Source: Candidatus Fermentithermobacillaceae bacterium UBA3907
GTDB lineage: Bacteria > Bacillota > Sulfobacillia > Fermentithermobacillales > Fermentithermobacillaceae
Length of the DNA stretch: 51,828 bases
Reading direction: 5' to 3'
NCBI GenBank assembly: GCA_002391545.1
Contig: DGFF01000011.1
Span: 1-51,828, forward strand
A program made the translations under genes and the position numbers. Positions 45,447-51,828 of the stretch are shown here, piece by piece. The notes beneath the pieces are model-generated. The model searched no databases and was not told where the DNA came from. It was given only the letters and a program-made list of their open reading frames with translations. The stretch's first letter is position 1. Every line of letters begins with the position of its first letter.

Positions 45447-46472
45447 ATGGATAGAGACATGAAACTTGAAACGGGCAAGATTCCCATGCACATTCTTGAG
45501 GAAATTGTGTTTCACAATATCGGTAAGGCAAGGGAAGAGGTTGTGCTTTCGCCAGGTATCGGTGAGGATGCGGCAGCCATTGATTTGGGATCAGAGCTAC
45601 TTTTGGCAACTACAGATCCTATTACTGGCGCGCAGGAGAAAGCGGGATGGTTGGCAGTCAAAGTGTCACTAAATGATATTGCAGCAGCCGGCGGAGAACC
45701 AATCTGTTTACTGGTTACTCTGTTATTGCCAGAAGACGCTCGATTGTCGGACCTATATGAGATAGTAGCGGATATAAACGAGGCTTGTCTGGAAGAAGGG
45801 GTTCAAGTAGCGGGAGGACATACCGAAGTTACTCCTGGTTTGCTGCAGCCAGTGATAAGTGTGGCTGCCCTTGGCAAGACAAGAAATCGAAGGATTTTGA
45901 GTTCTGCAGATGCGAAAGTTGGCGACGATATTGTGGTCACCAAGTGGGCCGGAATGGAAGGTACATCTATACTGGTGCGAGATTTCAGGCATATTTTCCG
46001 AGAAATTCTCGATGAAAGCGCTATAAGGGAGGCTGAAGACCTCTTCAAGATGATAAGCGTTACTAAAGACGGGAAGATTGCAGCGGAACACGGTGCAAAT
46101 GCGTCTCATGACGCTACCGAAGGCGGGGTTCTAGGCGCCATATATGAGATCTGTCAGGCATCGGGTTTAGGGGCTATAGTTTACGGTGATGAAATTCCTG
46201 TTCTTCCCGTAACCAGGGAAGTGGCTGAATTTTGCAATATAGATCCTTTGAAGTTGATTTCATCTGGATGTTTGGTGGTTACTACTTCTAAGGGTACAGA
46301 GTTGTGTAAGGCGTACGAAGACATGGGTATTAATGCAAGTGTTGTAGGTGTTATTACGTCAGGGGAAATGGAGATAATACGACGTCATGGAAATGCTCCC
46401 CTGGGTCCTCCTGGACCGGATCATCTTTGGTACGCTAGGAGGTATTTGGAGAGTTTAATTCAAGGGCAGTAG
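45447..46472 (+). CDS. AIR-synthase-related protein (PurM/HypE/ThiL superfamily)
   Basis: SPGIGEDAAAIDLGSELLLATTDPITG, SLNDIAAAGGEP, GGHTEV, HDATEGGVLGA. 341 aa. Confidence 0.8.
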   Translation: MDRDMKLETGKIPMHILEEIVFHNIGKAREEVVLSPGIGEDAAAIDLGSELLLATTDPITGAQEKAGWLAVKVSLNDIAAAGGEPICLLVTLLLPEDARLSDLYEIVADINEACLEEGVQVAGGHTEVTPGLLQPVISVAALGKTRNRRILSSADAKVGDDIVVTKWAGMEGTSILVRDFRHIFREILDESAIREAEDLFKMISVTKDGKIAAEHGANASHDATEGGVLGAIYEICQASGLGAIVYGDEIPVLPVTREVAEFCNIDPLKLISSGCLVVTTSKGTELCKAYEDMGINASVVGVITSGEMEIIRRHGNAPLGPPGPDHLWYARRYLESLIQGQ

Positions 46473-46534
46473 TTTTAGCGGTTTCCCCCAGAGCAGGGCC
46501 TACAATCCTTGCAGGGGACGCGAGGTGTTAAACG

Positions 46535-47398
46535 GTGTGGTTTGTATGGTTTCCTATAGGGTTAGCTGTCCTTGCATGGTTTGGGTATGTATGGATAAAA
46601 ACTCTTGTAACTAAATATGAACATACAATAGAATCTATAATACTCCTCGGTGTACTCTTAGTTACAGGTGTAATTCTAGGTTTGAACATTTCCTATGCTG
46701 TTGCCCCCGAGTGGACGTTGTGGCCAAGGATTGTTCTAACGGCAAGTCTAGGCTTTGGTCTTTTCATTGTTTTTTCTTACGTGGCGGTGAATCTTTGGTG
46801 CTCACTTTTGGCAAGCGGGTTCGATGAGAAAATCGAACTTCTTGAAGAAGAGGCTGCTAAAATTGAGCAACGTTTGGCATTCCTCCGCTTGGCCGAGGTG
46901 AGCAAAAATGATAGAAGTTACTCTCCAAAGGTAGATTATGAAAAAGAGGCCCAAGATGTGGTTGACATAGATTCGCTAGAAGAACTGAGAAAGTTTGTTG
47001 AGAGTTGGCAGCAGGCTGGGGGCGAGGCTAGGGTTCGTTCAATTAAAGTAACGGAATGGCGAGAAGAAGTAGTGCGAATGTCAGACCAAGATCTCAAAGA
47101 TGAGGAAGAGGCCCTCATTTTGGAGATTAATAGCGAGGTTGACGAAGGAAAGAAGGATCAGGCTCAAGCACGATTGGCTGTGCTAAAGATCGAGAGTCTG
47201 CGACGGGATATGAGGCGTTCTACCAGACGTGAAGAACGTCAAAGGATTGAAGGACCAACAAAGATCTACCCAACATCTGAAATGGAATACCTGCATAATA
47301 GGCTGCGGGAGATAAATGCTGAAATTCAGCAGATAGAAGAAGAGAAACAAGCGTTTTTTGAAGGCATAATTAAATTATCATGGAGGGAACGTCCATGA
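46535..47398 (+). CDS. Membrane-anchored coiled-coil protein (3 predicted TMs plus charged helical C-terminal half)
   Basis: Hydrophobic segments are FVWFPIGLAVLAWFGYVWI, IILLGVLLVTGVILGLNISYAV and IVLTASLGFGLFIVFSYVAVNLWCSLLA. About 190 aa of E/K/R-rich sequence follow. GTG start, GAGGTG SD. Confidence 0.6.
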   Translation: MWFVWFPIGLAVLAWFGYVWIKTLVTKYEHTIESIILLGVLLVTGVILGLNISYAVAPEWTLWPRIVLTASLGFGLFIVFSYVAVNLWCSLLASGFDEKIELLEEEAAKIEQRLAFLRLAEVSKNDRSYSPKVDYEKEAQDVVDIDSLEELRKFVESWQQAGGEARVRSIKVTEWREEVVRMSDQDLKDEEEALILEINSEVDEGKKDQAQARLAVLKIESLRRDMRRSTRREERQRIEGPTKIYPTSEMEYLHNRLREINAEIQQIEEEKQAFFEGIIKLSWRERP

Positions 47399-47835
47399 GC
47401 CATATAAGCTCGTACGATACTGACATAGTGCTTCAGACGGCGGTCCTACATGGCCGTCCAGTTGAAGAAGATCCAGGGTGGGAGATACTTCAGGAAGCCA
47501 TCTATGCGTGCGCTGAGGAGATGGATTTGGAGGTGGGGCGCACCATAAGAGATTACTATGGGAGACTTGTCTATTGTGATTGGTCCCTATCTGGCCCTAC
47601 TTTTGATCGTGGTGTAGGAATAAAGGTAGATAGAAAAACAGGCAGGGTCATGTTTCTGTGCGATACCTACGGTGGCTATGATCTACTAGCGAGAAGAATT
47701 AGGGATAGAATTGTCCAAAATTTCACGGCGCTATGTGTGACAAAGGCCCTTTCTGCTCTCAACTACGATGTTGAACTGGAGGAACTGAGGGATCCGATTG
47801 AGGGCAAGAAAGTGTTTGTAAAGGGAGTGCTGTGA
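47395..47835 (+). CDS. DUF1257 (Ycf35-like) family protein
   Basis: Begins MSHIS, the N-terminus I associate with DUF1257/Ycf35. ATG 47395 overlaps the upstream TGA (ATGA) and has GGAGGG 7 nt upstream. The ORF track starts at 47380. Confidence 0.6.
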   Translation: MSHISSYDTDIVLQTAVLHGRPVEEDPGWEILQEAIYACAEEMDLEVGRTIRDYYGRLVYCDWSLSGPTFDRGVGIKVDRKTGRVMFLCDTYGGYDLLARRIRDRIVQNFTALCVTKALSALNYDVELEELRDPIEGKKVFVKGVL

Positions 47836-48071
47836 TGACGAGGGAGATACGTATTAATATTGGGGCAGAAGGGCGCATGACAATAGAATTCGTAGGATTT
47901 CCAGGAGAAACTTGCTTTGACGAAGCTGAGCTCTTGGCTGGCATTTTAAAAGAAATGGGCCTGTGGGCAGTTCCGATAACAGTGACCCCGAAAACTGCTG
48001 AGGAGATAGCTTTAGAAGTAGACGAAGCTGGGCAAGAAATTGATGAAAAAAAGAGGGTGTCTCATTCTTGA
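47835..48071 (+). CDS. DUF2997-like small protein
   Basis: REIRINIGAEGRMTIEFVGFPGETCFDEAELLAGILKEMG fits the DUF2997 pattern (I.I..DG.V...V.G..G..C......L...LG) as I remember it. The start overlaps the upstream stop (TGATG). AAGGGAG SD. Confidence 0.55.
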   Translation: MTREIRINIGAEGRMTIEFVGFPGETCFDEAELLAGILKEMGLWAVPITVTPKTAEEIALEVDEAGQEIDEKKRVSHS

Positions 48072-48235
48072 CAGTGACCACTATTCCGCTAGAGTCGTAT
48101 ATCGAAGTAGAAATAGAAAATGATGTTATTGTGATTTTCGAGAGAGCAGGCGATGGTAAGACCCAGGAGCTTGTAGATTTGCTTAGGCGGTACGGGTTGG
48201 ATTTGACTGTTCGCGTTAACGCTCTTTGTGGTTAA
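48068..48235 (+). CDS. Small ORF (55 aa) below the ORF-track length cutoff
   Basis: My translation is MTVTTIPLESYIEVEIENDVIVIFERAGDGKTQELVDLLRRYGLDLTVRVNALCG. The TTG start overlaps the previous stop (TTGA). It exactly fills the gap to the AAA+ gene, whose SD overlaps this ORF's stop codon. Confidence 0.5.
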   Translation: MTVTTIPLESYIEVEIENDVIVIFERAGDGKTQELVDLLRRYGLDLTVRVNALCG

Positions 48236-48246
48236 GGAGGTATAAC

Positions 48247-49953
48247 TTGTACGAAAACTATTTAGATGATTCCTGGATAAGGCAAGGGGTGGTTAAGCGC
48301 AAAGCCAATTATTCTCCTATTATATGCTTTGAGACTGTAGACCCTAAAAGGATATATCAACTTAAGTCTTTTGCATTGTCGGATCCAGATTTTGCGCATA
48401 TTGAAAACATATTCTTGTACGATCCATGGGACGGATTGGGCATGCTTAGGATGGGCAGCGAGGGTCCGCGTTTTGAGCCTATCAAGAAGCGGATCCCTAC
48501 ACAAACTGCATTGTCCTCTAGAACTAGGACAGAGGTTTCCACTGATATACAGGCCCTTAAGGCGGCTTTAAAAGAGGTGGACAGCTACTTAAAGGTGTCC
48601 CCTACCCTTTTTATTCTGCAGAATCTTTCTGAGGTAAGGGAGTACGACACCGGATTCCAAGCGGCTCTAAGGGCGTGGGCAATAGATCCGTATATTACTG
48701 CTAAAGGCTCCTCGGTCATGATTCTTACTCAAGATGTGTCTCGTCTCATGGACGAATTTACCAAAGAGTTTTGCGTCATCATTGAAGTGGATCCTTCTAG
48801 CCATGATGAAAGATCGAAACTCATAGAGTCTGTCGCTATGGAACTTGGGGTATCCATAGATGGCTCGAAATTGGAAGCTGCAACGGTAGCCATGTCTGGG
48901 CTGAACTTGCATCAGATCGAAAGCATTTTGCTTGAGTCGTATCAAAGGACCAAGGATTTTGATCCCAATGTGATGAAGGAACTTAAATCTGAGATGGTGA
49001 AACGATCTAAAATACTGGAGGTGCGGGATCCGCAATACACGTTTGGCGATATTGGCGGTTATCACGCGATCAAGGACTTTATCATAAAATACATGATTAA
49101 CGTGCTTAAGCGGCCGGAGAGAGCCAGGCATTTTGGACTTGGCTTGCCGAAAGGGCTTTTGTTTTTCGGACCTCCTGGTACAGGAAAGAGCTTGTTTGCC
49201 AATGCTCTTGCCAGCGAAGTTCAGCTTCCTTTCATAAATCTGGTTACAGAGAACATATACTCAAAATGGCTAGGTGAGTCAGGACAAAACATGAAAAACG
49301 CGATTACTTTGGCAGAAAAAATGTCTCCTGCCATAGTTTTTGTTGATGAGATAGATAGGTTTGGCAAGAGAACTGGGGCAGCGGCAGGTTCGGCTGAAGA
49401 AGAAACTCAGAGGGTGTTTTCCCAGTTTCTCGAGTGGCTAGGTATGCCTGATAGGTCTGCCATAATAGTTGGTACTACTAACGTTCCAGAGCACTTGGAT
49501 GACGCGTTTTTGCGGGCAGGGAGATTTGATTACAAGATTCCCTTTTTGTACCCAGGACCTCAAGCTAGGCACGAGATTCTCATGGTACACTTAGGATTAA
49601 CAGAAGGGTCCAGCAAGAAACGGGCTCCTCTGGAAATCGGAGAGGACGAGATCGGAGATTTTCTATGGGAAGAGATCGTACCGTTGACCCATAATTTTTC
49701 CTGTGCTGAGTTGGAAGAATTGATAATTAGGTCCAAGAGGATTGCGTTTGATAAAGAGAAAGATGCGATTGGAAAGCAAGAAATTTTACAGGCTACGAAG
49801 ACCTTTAGAATTGATTCGTCATACCGAAAGCATGTAGTTGAGATGTGCATGCAACAGGCGAGAAGGTTTACTGACGATCAGTCTTTTCTTGACGCTATTG
49901 AAGAAGAGAATAGAATGTATGAGAATAGTAGGAAGAGTTCTTTGGCGCGATAG
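48247..49953 (+). CDS. AAA+ ATPase, Ycf46-like (single AAA module with about 290-aa N-terminal domain)
   Basis: Walker A GPPGTGKS, Walker B IVFVDEID, arginine-finger region RAGRFD. The N-domain strings SPIICFETVDPKRIYQL and FLYDPWDGLG resemble Ycf46. TTG 48247 with a perfect AAGGAGG 6 nt upstream is preferred over TTG 48226. Confidence 0.75.
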   Translation: MYENYLDDSWIRQGVVKRKANYSPIICFETVDPKRIYQLKSFALSDPDFAHIENIFLYDPWDGLGMLRMGSEGPRFEPIKKRIPTQTALSSRTRTEVSTDIQALKAALKEVDSYLKVSPTLFILQNLSEVREYDTGFQAALRAWAIDPYITAKGSSVMILTQDVSRLMDEFTKEFCVIIEVDPSSHDERSKLIESVAMELGVSIDGSKLEAATVAMSGLNLHQIESILLESYQRTKDFDPNVMKELKSEMVKRSKILEVRDPQYTFGDIGGYHAIKDFIIKYMINVLKRPERARHFGLGLPKGLLFFGPPGTGKSLFANALASEVQLPFINLVTENIYSKWLGESGQNMKNAITLAEKMSPAIVFVDEIDRFGKRTGAAAGSAEEETQRVFSQFLEWLGMPDRSAIIVGTTNVPEHLDDAFLRAGRFDYKIPFLYPGPQARHEILMVHLGLTEGSSKKRAPLEIGEDEIGDFLWEEIVPLTHNFSCAELEELIIRSKRIAFDKEKDAIGKQEILQATKTFRIDSSYRKHVVEMCMQQARRFTDDQSFLDAIEEENRMYENSRKSSLAR

Positions 49954-50021
49954 CAGTTTATATATTACTTGAATTATCACAGATTATTAAAAGATTATTA
50001 CAAAGGAAGAAGGAGTGTTAG

Positions 50022-50261
50022 GTGAAGGAAAAGGTACAAGAAGTTTTGGAGAAAATCAGACCATCTCTCCAGTTTGATGGTGGGGATGTAGAATTGGTTG
50101 ACGTAACTGAAGATGGAATTGTGAAGGTGAGGCTTACCGGTGCATGTGGGTCGTGTCCCTTTGCTACCATGACGTTGAAGGCTGGAATAGAGCGCATTTT
50201 GAAGCAAGAGATTCCAGAAATTAAAGAAGTACAAGAAGTAAGTGCTTCACGGTCTATCTAG
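50022..50261 (+). CDS. NifU-like Fe-S cluster scaffold domain protein
   Basis: 79 aa. [17 protein letters not shown]...[18 protein letters not shown] with the CxxC motif. GTG start, GAAGGAG SD. Confidence 0.88.
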   Translation: MKEKVQEVLEKIRPSLQFDGGDVELVDVTEDGIVKVRLTGACGSCPFATMTLKAGIERILKQEIPEIKEVQEVSASRSI

Positions 50262-50379
50262 GATAGCATCAAAATGATACCATTAAGAATCGGCGTGGTA
50301 CCTTATAGGCGTACTGCTTAAGTGGGGTCATCGTTTCCCACCCTTATTTATTGGGGCATCTGAAAGAGGTGCTTACCAG

Positions 50380-51456
50380 TTGGAAACAAATGGGGAGAAG
50401 TTCTCAGTGGATGTAAAGAAGATTATTGTAGGTGGCTTAGTGTCGTTAGCGCTAAGCCTATCTTGTATATGGCTAATTATGAAATTCACTGGCGCTGAAA
50501 GTATACGCATGAACCTTTCTACAATTGGTTTGTCTACGATACTTTTTTCGCTTATGCTTGTGGCTGCAAGTTGGGTAGTCGATGCTATGAAACTAAAGAT
50601 CCTTAGCGCTGCCATGGGCGGGCATGTGGGTATTTGGGATGCAATCAAGATAACAGTTGCAGGTTCCTTTGTTGCAGGCATTACGCCGTTTGATTCAGGA
50701 GGAGAGCCTCTCAAGATTTATTTTCTTCACAAGCGCGATTTGGGCATAGGGGGAGCTACTGCAGTTGTCACTTTAGGCGCTCTCTTGCATAGCATTGCCC
50801 GTTTCATTTTGTGGCTGTCTGCACCAATTTTGCTGTTGGTAACAGGCACCAAGTTAGGGTTTTCCGCCGCAGCCAAGACTACGATTGCAATTGGTGTGTC
50901 CTTATACATGCTTTTGATGGCATTGATAATTGCAATGATAGTATGGCCTCAGTGGGTCGAAATAGTTACCAAGAAGTTGCTGGGCATGAAGGTAATAAGG
51001 AAAGTGGTGCCGGAATCATTAGTAAATTCCATAATTGAGAAGGTAGAAACCAGCGTAAAGGAGTTTAGGGAAGGGATAGATAAAGTAAAAGAAAGTGGTA
51101 GCCACGCAGTAATCGCGTTGGTTCTGAGTATAGCGTATTGGCTTTTGATCATCTCTGTCCCTGTTCTCATAGTTCGTTCCATGGTTCCGCAGGTTTCGTA
51201 TGCTGAAGTTTTCTTTGTGTCTATGACCGTTTATCTTGTTATGGCTTTTATACCTACCCCTGGTTCAAGTGGAGGAGCAGAGGCTGGATCTGCCTTCTTC
51301 TTTTCGACCATATTGCCTTCGAGGCTGCTAGGGGCTTTTGTAGTGATTTGGCGTGTTATCACTTATTACTTTACAATGGTAGTAGGAGCCATAGTAATTG
51401 CTTCGGAGACTATAAGTTGGTCAATGAAAAAGTCCCAGCCTAGTGAGTTAGATTGA
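50380..51456 (+). CDS. Flippase-like membrane protein (LPG_synthase_TM / UPF0104 family)
   Basis: 358 aa, about 8 TMs. GITPFDSGGEPLKIYFL and IPTPGSSGGAEAG motifs. TTG start, AGAGGTG SD. Confidence 0.72.
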   Translation: METNGEKFSVDVKKIIVGGLVSLALSLSCIWLIMKFTGAESIRMNLSTIGLSTILFSLMLVAASWVVDAMKLKILSAAMGGHVGIWDAIKITVAGSFVAGITPFDSGGEPLKIYFLHKRDLGIGGATAVVTLGALLHSIARFILWLSAPILLLVTGTKLGFSAAAKTTIAIGVSLYMLLMALIIAMIVWPQWVEIVTKKLLGMKVIRKVVPESLVNSIIEKVETSVKEFREGIDKVKESGSHAVIALVLSIAYWLLIISVPVLIVRSMVPQVSYAEVFFVSMTVYLVMAFIPTPGSSGGAEAGSAFFFSTILPSRLLGAFVVIWRVITYYFTMVVGAIVIASETISWSMKKSQPSELD

Positions 51457-51535
51457 AGTATCGGGAACCCTTTTGGGATATAATAATGATGTGGTCAGTG
51501 TTTTTACTGGGTGAACATTTGCAGGGCTAATTTGT

Positions 51536-51564
51536 TTGACGAAATCCTCTGCTTTAGGTATACT
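51536..51564 (+). promoter_or_regulatory. Sigma-A promoter of the tRNA cluster
   Basis: TTGACG (51536-51541), 17-nt spacer, TATACT (51559-51564), 30 nt before the first tRNA. Confidence 0.6.
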
Positions 51565-51593
51565 ATCTCACGAGCCACTTATGTGGCGTACTT

Positions 51594-51668
51594 GGGCGAA
51601 TAGCTCAGCGGGAGAGCACCTGCCTTACACGCAGGGGGTCACAGGTTCAATCCCTGTTTCGCCCACCA
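51594..51668 (+). tRNA. tRNA-Val (anticodon TAC), CCA encoded
   Basis: Hand-folded cloverleaf: acceptor GGGCGAA/TTCGCCC, D arm GCTC-AGCGGGA-GAGC, anticodon arm CCTGC-CTTACAC-GCAGG, T arm ACAGG-TTCAATC-CCTGT, then A-CCA. Confidence 0.9.
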
Positions 51669-51678
51669 ACGAGAACGC

Positions 51679-51756
51679 GGAGGCGTGGTGTAGCCGGTCT
51701 AACATACGTGCCTGTCACGCACGAGATCGCGGGTTCAAATCCCGTCGCCTCCGCCA
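51679..51756 (+). tRNA. tRNA-Asp (anticodon GTC), CCA encoded
   Basis: Hand-folded cloverleaf: acceptor GGAGGCG/CGCCTCC, D stem GTGT/ACAT, anticodon arm CGTGC-CTGTCAC-GCACG, T arm GCGGG-TTCAAAT-CCCGT, then G-CCA. Confidence 0.88.
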
Positions 51757-51803
51757 TACTATCTCAAGGGGTAAGAGGTGTACTGGCTAGGACAAGAGGT
51801 TAT

Positions 51804-51828
51804 GCCGCGGTAGCTCAGTCGGTAGAGC
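51804..51828 (+). tRNA. 5' part of a third tRNA, cut by the window edge (identity undetermined)
   Basis: GCCGCGG-TA-GCTC-AGTCGGT-AGAGC is a canonical acceptor 5' strand plus a complete D arm. The anticodon lies outside the window. Confidence 0.7.

Noticed and set aside
46535-49953. Reading the AAA+ module as an anti-phage defence system
   Set aside because: No nuclease, sensor (STAND/TIR/SIR2), methylase or toxin-like domain is visible. The neighbours are housekeeping genes rather than a defence island. I report it as an uncharacterised module without assigning a defence role.
51594-51828. tRNA cluster as a possible integration hotspot or genomic-island boundary
   Set aside because: There is no integrase, no direct repeat of a tRNA 3' end and no phage or IS gene anywhere in the window. 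The adjacent genes are ordinary housekeeping-type genes.

Overview
This is a 51.8-kb chromosomal segment, densely coding on both strands. With my preferred starts it holds 48 protein-coding genes, 2 complete tRNAs and the 5' end of a third. I found no rRNA, CRISPR array, transposase or integrase. The signals point to a Gram-positive-type anaerobe (Clostridia-like Firmicutes), but this taxonomic guess is inference only. Those signals are strong GGAGG-type Shine-Dalgarno (SD) sites, about 44 percent GTG/TTG starts, tRNAs with encoded CCA, a Cheo-type CGAAC-N4-GTTC SOS box, lipobox lipoproteins and a FolD+FchA pair. Content from left to right: a class V aminotransferase (cut by the window edge); two CNNM/CorC-type transporters coupled to a divergent YchF-like NTPase; a MacB/FtsX-type ABC exporter; and an MBL hydrolase. 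Next is a two-gene module pairing a GlmL(MutL)-like ASKHA protein with a barrel-sandwich/KOW protein. Then come speH, ndk, DUF72, a DUF401-like membrane protein, a DEDDh-exonuclease/DinG-like protein without ATPase motifs, and small proteins including an FmdB zinc ribbon. folD-fchA follows, then a nucleoside scavenging island (ribokinase, two nucleoside hydrolases, BMP-type ABC importer, amidohydrolase deaminase, Met gamma-lyase-family enzyme). After that: a secreted metallophosphoesterase-PQQ-propeller fusion, a GT4 glycosyltransferase, a PrcB/Gmad2 lipoprotein, a PHP phosphoesterase with a kinase-like hypothetical, a radical SAM enzyme and an RnfG-like double FMN-binding protein. Then a LexA-box-controlled imuB-like / small Trp-rich protein / dnaE2 mutagenesis cassette, rsmD and an AIR-synthase-related protein. 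Last come a translationally coupled five-gene module (membrane coiled-coil protein, DUF1257/Ycf35-like, DUF2997-like, a 55-aa ORF missing from the ORF track, Ycf46-like AAA+ ATPase), a NifU-like protein, a flippase-like membrane protein and a tRNA cluster. The best candidates for uncharacterised biology are the AAA+ module at 46.5-50.0 kb and the GlmL-like pair at 9.1-12.4 kb. All family assignments come from motif recognition by eye. No database search was run.
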